In this document: positions 8,103-15,805 of the stretch, one piece after another
Numbering within the stretch: position 1 is the stretch's first letter
Layout: each line of letters starts with the position of its first letter
NCBI GenBank assembly: GCA_038872135.1
Contig: JAVZGN010000009.1
Coordinates: 1-37,057, forward strand
Direction of reading: 5' to 3'
Source of the DNA: Candidatus Hadarchaeales archaeon
GTDB lineage: Archaea > Hadarchaeota > Hadarchaeia > Hadarchaeales > Hadarchaeaceae
Length of the DNA: 37,057 nucleotides
Notes under the pieces: model-generated
The model's database searches: none
Told to the model about the DNA's origin: nothing
Seen by the model: the letters and a program-made list of their open reading frames with translations, nothing else
Program-made: the position numbers and the translations under genes

Positions 8103-9617
8103 ATGATTTTTCGCCCAGAGAAGAAGGACCTGAGGATAATCTTCTACGGGATGCGCAATGTTTTTTATCTCATCGGGATACTCCTTCTCATCCCGATAAT
8201 TGTCGCCATCAGCGTCCAGGAGTTTGACATGATTCCCGCCTTTCTGATGGGCGCCTCCTTGGCCTTTATCCTAGGAGTTCTGTGTGCAATTTTCTTCTAT
8301 GAGAAGGAGGAGATGGAGCTCAGGCATGCCCTGGTCATGGCGGCTCTTGTCTGGATCATCGCCCCACTGATAGCTGCTGTTCCTCTCTGGCTCTCCGGGT
8401 TCTTCTCCTCTCCCCTGGACGCTGGGTTTGAGGGAGTCAGCGGGTTCACTGGGACTGGTCTAACACTGGCCCTCGACATTGACCACATGCCCTATAGCAT
8501 GAATTTTCTCCGGCATTTTCTCCAGTTCATTGGGGATGGCATAGGGATAATCGTCATCTCCCTCTCCATCCTCGGGAAAACTGAAATCAGCTCTGTGCTG
8601 GCTTTCAAGGGGGAGGCTAAAGAAACTGGGATAAGGCCGAGCATCGTCCGCACCTCCAGGATAATCATTGGCATTGCCGTGGCCTTCTTTTTAATCGGGA
8701 CGGCGATGTTCACGATTGCTGGAATTGCTGAGGGACAGGAGGCGGGAAGGGCTGTTTTTGATGCTGTCAACCACTCGATGACGGCATATGCAACCGGAGG
8801 CTTCAGCGTTCACTCCCAAAACCTCTTATACTACAGCAGTCCCCTCTATGAGATAGTTGCGGCAATTCTCATGATTTTCGGTGCCCTCAACTTCAACCTC
8901 CACTATGCGGTCCTCACGGGGAGGAGAAGGGAGGCGATAAAAAACACAGAAATCAGAATTTTCCTCCTCATACTTTCAACTGGAGTTCTCCTTATCGCCG
9001 CCAGCATCTTCTCTGCCGGGCTATATACCTCCACAGATGCTGTTTTCAGAAAGGGGGTCTTCCATCTTATATCAGCCCAGACGACGACGGGATTCCAGAC
9101 TGTGCCGGCTCACCACTTCATGGTCCTCTGGCCGGCCTTTTCAATCCTCCTCCTCTCGATGCTTATGGTCATCGGTGGCTGCGCCAACTCAACCTCTGGA
9201 GGGATAAAAATGCTCAGGGTGGGGATTCTCCTGAAAGCCGTTGTAAGGGAGGTGAAGAAAGCCCTTCTGCCAAGCTCTGCAGTAGCCACCGAGAAAATCC
9301 ACCACCTCGAGACCACCCCTGTGACCGACACCATCGTAAGGGGGGCTGCTGTCATCACCCTCAGCTATCTTTTCCTTTTTGTCTTTGGGATGATGGTCAC
9401 GGTGGCCCACGGCTATCCCGTGGGGACCTCTGCATTTGAATCAGCGTCGGCGCTTGGAAATGTTGGGCTCAGCGCAGGGATAACAGCCCCATCCATGCCC
9501 GACACCTTGAAACTCACTTACATCTTCCTGATGTGGGCTGGGAAGCTTGAGATAATTGGAGTTCTTGTCCTCATCGGGTTTGCCATTGCCGCTGTTGTCG
9601 GAGGGCCAAGAAAATGA
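8103..9617 (+). CDS. trkH: Trk K+ uptake membrane subunit
   Basis: Multi-TM protein with four pore-loop motifs (FTGTG, YATGG, QTTTG, LGNVG), GGCANSTSGGIK and MWAGKLE. Confidence 0.95.
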   Translation: MIFRPEKKDLRIIFYGMRNVFYLIGILLLIPIIVAISVQEFDMIPAFLMGASLAFILGVLCAIFFYEKEEMELRHALVMAALVWIIAPLIAAVPLWLSGFFSSPLDAGFEGVSGFTGTGLTLALDIDHMPYSMNFLRHFLQFIGDGIGIIVISLSILGKTEISSVLAFKGEAKETGIRPSIVRTSRIIIGIAVAFFLIGTAMFTIAGIAEGQEAGRAVFDAVNHSMTAYATGGFSVHSQNLLYYSSPLYEIVAAILMIFGALNFNLHYAVLTGRRREAIKNTEIRIFLLILSTGVLLIAASIFSAGLYTSTDAVFRKGVFHLISAQTTTGFQTVPAHHFMVLWPAFSILLLSMLMVIGGCANSTSGGIKMLRVGILLKAVVREVKKALLPSSAVATEKIHHLETTPVTDTIVRGAAVITLSYLFLFVFGMMVTVAHGYPVGTSAFESASALGNVGLSAGITAPSMPDTLKLTYIFLMWAGKLEIIGVLVLIGFAIAAVVGGPRK

Positions 9618-10108
9618 TGAAAAAAATTTTAGCTGTTCTCATCATTCTGCTTCTTGCGCAGCCGGCTGGAGCTGAGAGCATTAGGGAGCTGGTTGAGAAT
9701 TCTCGGTCTTTTGATGGAAAGAGGGTGACCATTTCCGGAGAGGTTATCGGGGTTTTCAAAAAGGAGAGCGCTGGATGGATAAATATCTTTGAAAATGGCT
9801 GGGCGATCGGAGTTCTCGTGACGAAAGAGCAGGCGGAAAACATTGCATTTGTCGGTGACTACCGCCATCATGGAGATGTTGTGATGGTGACTGGCATCTT
9901 CCACATGAGCTGCTCAGAGCATGGGGGGAGCATGGATATCCACGCGGAGAATTTCACACTCCTATCAGCTGGTTGGGAGATTCAGAGACTGCCAAACCCC
10001 ATAACAGTTCTTCTGAGCTCCCTCCTCCTTGCGGCTACAGTTTACCTCGCATATTACATGAGAAAAGTCAGAAAGGAGAAACCACTGCCGGTTCCATTTA
10101 GAATTTAG
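9614..10108 (+). CDS. Exported OB-fold-like protein with C-terminal membrane anchor, coupled to trkH
   Basis: Signal peptide (AQPAGA), 'FDGKRVTISGEVIG...GDVVMVTGIF' OB-like pattern and C-terminal TM with basic tail; ATGA overlap with trkH. Confidence 0.7.
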   Translation: MMKKILAVLIILLLAQPAGAESIRELVENSRSFDGKRVTISGEVIGVFKKESAGWINIFENGWAIGVLVTKEQAENIAFVGDYRHHGDVVMVTGIFHMSCSEHGGSMDIHAENFTLLSAGWEIQRLPNPITVLLSSLLLAATVYLAYYMRKVRKEKPLPVPFRI

Positions 10109-11250
10109 ATGTGGAGCTCGACGATGTCCCTGTCCTCCAGCTGGTAATCTTTCGGCACTTGCTGCCCTGGAAATCTCGTGGAGCCCCACACCCTTGCAAA
10201 CTTCAGGCTCTTCTCAAAATCCTTGTGGACGGCCCTCGCCACATCTATCACCTTGGATCCCCTGGGCAGGACCAGCGGCCTCTTGGCTGGCTCCCCGTCA
10301 GGTGGCTTTGTGTAAACCCTTATCATTCCCAGAGCGTGAAAGATTTCCATTTTAATCTTCTTCTCATCGGCTCCGGCCATCACAACTTTGAATCTCTCCC
10401 CGACCTTGGCCACCAGCTCCTCGACTTTTTCCCTTGCTTTCGGAGAATCACACTTTGTGACGATGATGAAAGCTGGTTTATATGTGATCGAGCGCTCGAA
10501 GATTTCCTCAAGCTCCTCCAGGGAAATGGGCTCATCAATAACCAGATGTGCGTTTGAGATGCCGTGCTCCAGAAGAAGCCGCTTTATCTCTCTTTCCCCT
10601 CCCTCAACAAACTGCCCTCCTCTGATCTCTATCCCACCTGAAGACATCACCTCCAGGGAAACTGCCGGGGGGCGACGGTTGAGCCTGATCCCGCTGGCCT
10701 CAAGCTCCCCGAGAAGCAGTTGCAGTTGCTCGAGAAGATTGCCGGTGGCATCGAGCACAAGGGCCACAACATCTGCGCTTTTTGCTAGGGCTAGCGGTAG
10801 TTTTCCCAAACCTCTTCCGATGCTCGACCCCTCCACCACCCCTCCAGCCTCAACCAGCTGAATCTGAACATCCTCAAATTCCATCATTCCTGGAACCGGC
10901 TCAACTGTGGTGAAGGGATAATCTGCAACTTCCGGCCTTGCCCCGGTGAGCCTCCTGAGGAGGGACGATTTTCCTGAGTTTGGTGTACCGATGAGGACTA
11001 CTTGAGCGGCGCCCTCCTTCTTCACCATCAGCGCCTTCCCACCCCCAACCCTCCTCCCCTTTCTCTCCTCCTGTTCCCGGCGGAGCTTTGCGAGCCTTTT
11101 CTTGAGCATCCTGAGGAGCTTTTCTGTCCCCTTGTGTTTTGGGGCAAGTCTGATGAGCTCCTCGGTTGCAGCTATTTTTTCCTCGATTGTTTTTGCCTGT
11201 GCATATCTCATCTCCGCCTTGTAATATTCTGGGGGAAGATTTGCCGGCAT
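10105..11250 (-). CDS. DRG/OBG-family GTP-binding protein with TGS domain
   Basis: Probable start MPANLPPEY at 11250. Motifs PKHKGTE, GTPNSGKS, ADYPFTT, PGMM and a C-terminal TGS domain (IRVYTK...ARVWG...LEDRDIVELH). G3 and G4 are divergent (EAGG, TKCD). Confidence 0.92.
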   Translation of the reverse strand: MPANLPPEYYKAEMRYAQAKTIEEKIAATEELIRLAPKHKGTEKLLRMLKKRLAKLRREQEERKGRRVGGGKALMVKKEGAAQVVLIGTPNSGKSSLLRRLTGARPEVADYPFTTVEPVPGMMEFEDVQIQLVEAGGVVEGSSIGRGLGKLPLALAKSADVVALVLDATGNLLEQLQLLLGELEASGIRLNRRPPAVSLEVMSSGGIEIRGGQFVEGGEREIKRLLLEHGISNAHLVIDEPISLEELEEIFERSITYKPAFIIVTKCDSPKAREKVEELVAKVGERFKVVMAGADEKKIKMEIFHALGMIRVYTKPPDGEPAKRPLVLPRGSKVIDVARAVHKDFEKSLKFARVWGSTRFPGQQVPKDYQLEDRDIVELHI

Positions 11251-11313
11251 CAGTAAAATTTCTGCTTGGTTTATTTTTCTCTCTTTCCACTTTGGAGATA
11301 TATCCATTTTTTA

Positions 11314-11328
11314 AAAAAATCTTAAATA
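11314..11328 (+). promoter_or_regulatory. BRE/TATA promoter of the putative ncRNA
   Basis: AAAAAATCTTAAATA, ending ~22 nt before the 5' strand of the terminal helix at 11350. Confidence 0.55.
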
Positions 11329-11349
11329 GGGGCTTGAACAGAATTGCTG

Positions 11350-11581
11350 TGGCGGGGATGGAAGCCCGCAGAGGGGGCAGAACCGGAGCCTACGGGCAAC
11401 GGGGAGCCACGCAAAAACGGGGGCGAAAAACCCCGGAAGGGCGTGGATAACCTCCGGGGGGATCGGAGGGATGCATCGACTGCGGGAAAAAGATCCAGAC
11501 CCGAAAAGACGTTGGGCGAGCGAAGTGGTCGAGATTCGCTGGCTCAGCGAAAGAGTAGGGGAGGGATCGAAATCCCCGCCA
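11350..11581 (+). ncRNA. Unassigned ~232-nt structured RNA
   Basis: GC/purine-rich intergenic island. 10-bp terminal helix TGGCGGGGAT/ATCCCCGCCA, cUACGg hairpin, several internal stems, upstream TATA and downstream TTTTTATTTT. No RNase P or SRP consensus recognised. Confidence 0.7.
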
Positions 11582-11615
11582 TTTTTATTTTACTGCACCA
11601 GCAAACGGCTCGATT

Positions 11616-12011
11616 TCACTGCTGTGGCTTTTCCTCAATCAAAACAGCGTTGACGACTCCATCCTGCCCCGGGCGGCTTGTGACCTTTGCTCGCCCGATC
11701 TCGGTCTGAACTATCGCTCCTTTGGTTATCACATTTCTCCTCACAAAGTGGGGGTCTGCAGGGTTGCCAACAACCGTCAGGATCTTTGCCTTTGTTATTC
11801 TGCCTGTTTTTGGATCGGCGACATTTGCCATGTCAGAGGAGTAGAGCACTGTTTTTCTGCCTCCACCATACACGCGCAATTTTGCCTTTTTAACTTGCGC
11901 GAGCCTCACCTCTATGAACTCCCTTCCCATCTCCCTCTTTCTCTTTCCCCTCTTTGGCCAGATTCTGCCACCGGTCGGCTTTTTATCTGATCTTCCCTGC
12001 CATCTTCCCAT
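11616..12011 (-). CDS. rps8e: 30S ribosomal protein S8e
   Basis: WQGRS.KKPTGG, KRKREMGRE, RRNVITKGAIV and VTSRPGQDGVVNA. Confidence 0.98.
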   Translation of the reverse strand: MGRWQGRSDKKPTGGRIWPKRGKRKREMGREFIEVRLAQVKKAKLRVYGGGRKTVLYSSDMANVADPKTGRITKAKILTVVGNPADPHFVRRNVITKGAIVQTEIGRAKVTSRPGQDGVVNAVLIEEKPQQ

Positions 12012-12061
12012 TCTTCACCAAAGAAAAATGTTGCTGGGTGATATAAATCCACCCCGAGAGC

Positions 12062-12577
12062 TCACTTTTGTAGGTTTGACTCAAACCATTCCCTTATTTT
12101 ATCCATATCATCCTTAATCCCGAGGAATGAGGCAAACTTCTGGGAAGTGGTCAAAATTCTGGTTTTTCCATGGGGCCTAGACTCAACAAAACCAACATCG
12201 ATGAGTTTTTTCACCTGCTCGTAGGCTCTGCTCCCCCTGAGCTCCGCGAGCTTTGAGAGGGTTATCCCTGGGCGGTAGGCGATGATGGCGAGGGTCTTCA
12301 TCACCCCTCTCGATATCCTCTCCTTCTTGATCAACCCACCGAGGCGGTTAGCGATATCATCCTGCATCTTTACCGTGAATGCCTCCCCGGGGCTCTCGAC
12401 CAGGACAAATACTCCTCCCCTTTCGGAAAATCTCTGTCTCAGAATGCCGATCACTTCATTGACATAGGTCTCGGAGGAGCTGCCGATTATCTTTCCTATT
12501 TCTTTTGGGGTGAGCGGATGGTCGGCGGCGTAGAGAGCGGCTTCGACAATTTTAACATCTTCCTCTATGCCCATCAC
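12062..12577 (-). CDS. scpB: SMC-Scp complex kite subunit ScpB
   Basis: VEAALYAADHPLT, MKTLAIIAYRPGIT..L.ELRG and TTSQKF...G tandem winged helices. Confidence 0.93.
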   Translation of the reverse strand: MMGIEEDVKIVEAALYAADHPLTPKEIGKIIGSSSETYVNEVIGILRQRFSERGGVFVLVESPGEAFTVKMQDDIANRLGGLIKKERISRGVMKTLAIIAYRPGITLSKLAELRGSRAYEQVKKLIDVGFVESRPHGKTRILTTSQKFASFLGIKDDMDKIREWFESNLQK

Positions 12578-13233
12578 TTCTCACCAGAAAGGGTTATCCT
12601 TATCTCCCCAAAAGGCTCATCCTGCTGCATCCTGATTTTTCCATCGGTGCAGAGGAAAAGCAGGGAGATGAACACCCAGAGAATCTCCTCCCTCGTCTTC
12701 ACCGGAACTAAATCTAGGAGGGTCAAAAAACCAGAAGATTTCAGAGCTTCTTTTATTCTGGTGTAAACGAGGGGGATTTTCTCTTCGAGGGTGATATCCG
12801 AGTCCTGTATTGCCTTGAAATCCTCTTTCCCCCACGCCCTGACCTCAGGTTTTATTTCCTGGGCCTCCTCTAAAGGGATTTCCTTCAGGGCCTCTCTGAG
12901 ATAACCGAGAAGATCTTGAAGGGTTATCCTTCTGGGAGCGAGGTGGAGGAGGGTTATTTCTCCAAGGTCGGGGAGGTCATCTATCATCTCCAGAAGTTCG
13001 TCTGTTTCCTCCCCAATATTTTTCCCATTTCCATTCAGGGCGGCTTCAGATTTCATCCTCAGGAGGAATGCCGCTGTGTAAAGGATTTTGGCTGAGGCTC
13101 TTATGTCGCCCCACTCCCTTATTTTCTGAGAGTAGACCATAATCAATCTGCTTATGTCGACATCCCAGGGGTCGAGCCTACCTTCCCGGACAAGAGCCAC
13201 TAGCTCCTCCGCCGGCCGCTCGATCATTTTCAT
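12574..13233 (-). CDS. scpA: Kleisin subunit ScpA
   Basis: LDPWDVDI, AA.LLRMKSE.L and FISLLFL..DGKI.M.Q.EPFGEI; lies between smc and scpB. Confidence 0.93.
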   Translation of the reverse strand: MKMIERPAEELVALVREGRLDPWDVDISRLIMVYSQKIREWGDIRASAKILYTAAFLLRMKSEAALNGNGKNIGEETDELLEMIDDLPDLGEITLLHLAPRRITLQDLLGYLREALKEIPLEEAQEIKPEVRAWGKEDFKAIQDSDITLEEKIPLVYTRIKEALKSSGFLTLLDLVPVKTREEILWVFISLLFLCTDGKIRMQQDEPFGEIRITLSGEK

Positions 13234-15432
13234 TCAATCACCCATCTTTGAGAGATCTATCGAGTAGACCTTTGAAACACCATTCTCCTTGGTTACCCCA
13301 AAGACCCTGTCTGCCACGGCCGCAAGGGAATGGTGGAGAGTGACGACCACTATCTGAGAGTCCTTCGAAAGCTTTCTGAGAAGTGCCGCAACTTTTCTCC
13401 TGTTGCTTGCATCCAGATGAGCATCGATCTCATCTAGGACATAGAATGTTGTTGGGCGGTATTTCTGGATCGCGAAAAGGAAGGCGAGTCCTGCAATTGT
13501 CTTCTCACCCCCGGAAAGTTGCTGGCTTTCACCGAAATCTGCCTCGATTATGACCCCGCCCTCAAATGGAGATTGCTCGTTTTCCAAGAGAAGTCTTCCT
13601 GAGCGCCCGTCGGTTAGCTCTGCAAACAGCTCTGAGAAGTTTTTCGCTATGGGCAAAAATGTTTGCATGAAGACCTCCTTCTTCTTTTCATCGATTTCCT
13701 TCATGTAGGCCAGAATCCTCTCACGCTCAGCGGTAAGCTTTTCCTCTTTCTGCCTTTCGCTGGCCAGTTCTGCCTCTTTCTGCGCCAGATCTTCCTGCGC
13801 CCTGAAATTTACATTTCCGAGGGCTGAAATCTCTTCACTTAAACTCTTTTCTCTCTCGAGAAGGCGGTCCAGGGTTTGTCTTGACATCTCCTCAAAGTTT
13901 ACCGAGATCTTCCCCAGTTCTTCCATCTTCCCCCCGAGCTTTTCATCGCAGGAAGTCAACTCTCCGCTCTTTCTCCCAATCTCTCCACTCAACCCTATGA
14001 GCTTGTTAGAAATGTTGCTTGCAAGGGTTCGCCAGCGCTCTGCCTTTGAAGCTAACAGCCCCTCCGTCTCTTTCAGTTTTTGGATTCTAGATGAAAGGCC
14101 GGCCTCTTGGGGGAGAAGCTTCTCCAACCGCCTTTTTGCGCTATCGACCTCCTCCCTACACTTGCTCAACATCATGTCGTAGGATGTCAGCTCTGCAACT
14201 AGCCTGCTTCTTTCCGAGAAATTGGCGATTTCCGGAATAGGACTCTTTCCTTCAGAAAATGCCGAAACTACTGAGCGGAAAATTTCTTCCAGCTCCCCCA
14301 GGACGGCCTTGAGCTGAGCGACGCTGCTCTTTGCCTCCTCGAGGGTCGTGGAATTCTCTATTTTTTCTATCAGCTGGACGGCTGCTCTCTTTACCTCTTC
14401 AAATCTCTGGAGGGGAGAGGAAGGCTGTGTTTCCGGTGAAGCTTCACTCATCGCATCGAGTTTTGCCTGAATCCTACTTCTCTCCCTCTCGTATTGTTTT
14501 ATCATTCCCTCAAGCGCCGAGATTCTGGTGCGAAGGTTTGCGACTTTCTCCATCACCTTTGATTCTTCAATTTTCTTTATTTTTTCCTGAATTTTCGCTA
14601 TCTTTTCTTCGTAGGTTTTTACCCTTTTTTCATAGATTTTCTTCCTTTTCTCAAGCTTTGCCATTTTTCTTTTTTCGTGCTTCATCGATTTCTCGAGCGA
14701 AGTCTTCTTCTTTAGCAGCACCTCCACCTCTTTCTGAAGGATTGCCCCCCTTACCTGCTGTAGCTCCATCTCCACCTGCTTGTACTTGAGCATCGCCTGG
14801 ACCTGCGACCTGAGACTTTCAATTGTCTTCTGCATCTCTCCCACCCTGGCGCGGAGGGCGTCGAGATTTCTGTCCACAGCGCTGAGCTCCGATTCTGCTG
14901 CCTTCTTTTTTGAATCATAGTCTGAGATACCTGCCAGCCTCTCTATGATTCCCCTCCTTTCCTCGGGATCCATCTCCACGATTTTCCCCACTTGCCCCTG
15001 AAAAACGAAGCTGAAGCTCTCTGGACCCCCCATTATCGGTGCGAGGAGGTCCACGATTGTCTGAAGCTCCGCCCGCTCATCGTTTATTTTATAAATGCAC
15101 TTTCCGCTTTTCTCCACCCTTCTCGTTATTTTAACGATTGGAGAGTTGACGGGAATTGAATTATCGGAATTGTCGATTGTGAGAGAAACCTCCGCGAAGG
15201 GAGCTAGAAACCGTTTTTTATTTTTCTTGTAGATGAAGTCTGTAAGCTGGGTCGCGCGCATGATTTTCTTGCTTTTCTCCCCAAAAACAAAAGAAAGGGC
15301 GTCTACAATGTTACTCTTCCCGGACCCATTTTTCCCTGTTATCGCCGTCAAACCTTTGGATAAGGGAATAACTACCTTTGCGTTGCCGAAGGATTTGAAT
15401 CCCCTTAGCTCTACCCCGCTGATGTATGGCAA
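13234..15432 (-). CDS. smc: Chromosome segregation ATPase Smc, short form (~730 aa) with no recognisable hinge
   Basis: Likely TTG start at 15432 (xPYISGVELRGFKSF; ORF track starts at 15489). Walker A GKNGSGKSN, Q-loop FQGQV, LGNVN.RA, signature LSGGEK, Walker B/D-loop LDEIDAHLD. Abuts scpA. Confidence 0.9.
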   Translation of the reverse strand: MPYISGVELRGFKSFGNAKVVIPLSKGLTAITGKNGSGKSNIVDALSFVFGEKSKKIMRATQLTDFIYKKNKKRFLAPFAEVSLTIDNSDNSIPVNSPIVKITRRVEKSGKCIYKINDERAELQTIVDLLAPIMGGPESFSFVFQGQVGKIVEMDPEERRGIIERLAGISDYDSKKKAAESELSAVDRNLDALRARVGEMQKTIESLRSQVQAMLKYKQVEMELQQVRGAILQKEVEVLLKKKTSLEKSMKHEKRKMAKLEKRKKIYEKRVKTYEEKIAKIQEKIKKIEESKVMEKVANLRTRISALEGMIKQYERERSRIQAKLDAMSEASPETQPSSPLQRFEEVKRAAVQLIEKIENSTTLEEAKSSVAQLKAVLGELEEIFRSVVSAFSEGKSPIPEIANFSERSRLVAELTSYDMMLSKCREEVDSAKRRLEKLLPQEAGLSSRIQKLKETEGLLASKAERWRTLASNISNKLIGLSGEIGRKSGELTSCDEKLGGKMEELGKISVNFEEMSRQTLDRLLEREKSLSEEISALGNVNFRAQEDLAQKEAELASERQKEEKLTAERERILAYMKEIDEKKKEVFMQTFLPIAKNFSELFAELTDGRSGRLLLENEQSPFEGGVIIEADFGESQQLSGGEKTIAGLAFLFAIQKYRPTTFYVLDEIDAHLDASNRRKVAALLRKLSKDSQIVVVTLHHSLAAVADRVFGVTKENGVSKVYSIDLSKMGD

Positions 15433-15502
15433 GGTCTCGACCTTTGGCGAACCCCTCTCGCCCTCAGGTCGTCCCTTGCTAATAATCATTTACCGGTGGG
15501 GG

Positions 15503-15712
15503 TTAAAACTTTATCCATGGCCAGTAGAACCCCGCTGACTCTAGTGTAACCTTTGTTCCTTTTGGAAGCCATTTCAAAAACGACTTCCTCCTGTAGGTGA
15601 AGCACTTTTCCTGCCTCACAATTTTTCCATCCATTTCAATTACTGTTCCATGAGTTTGGCTCACTCGCGGAGCTACGACCACTTGAGCTACATCTTTCAC
15701 CTCCACACACAT
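15503..15712 (-). pseudogene. IS110-family transposase N-terminal remnant
   Basis: HGTVIEMDGKIVRQEK...LPKGTKVTLESAGFYWPW resembles the DEDD RuvC-like N-terminus of IS110 transposases. SD GGAGGTGA is followed by ATG-TAG, and the frame is truncated after ~60 codons. Confidence 0.6.
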
Positions 15713-15805
15713 TTCTTTCGGAGGTTCTTAGATCTCCTGCAAACCGGCTAAAAGCGGTGGCCGACACCTTTTTATTACAAATCGTAAAATATATTTTAGG
15801 ATAAA

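Noticed and set aside
11350-11581. RNase P RNA, SRP RNA, tRNA or tmRNA identity
   Set aside because: No P4 consensus, no SRP helix-8 symmetric loop or long helix 5, and no cloverleaf. The 3' GGGATCGAAATCCC only superficially resembles a T-arm.
11344-11709. 121-aa and 60-aa ORFs over the structured region
   Set aside because: TTG start or low-complexity G/R/K-rich sequence, with convergent overlap into rps8e; better explained by an RNA gene.
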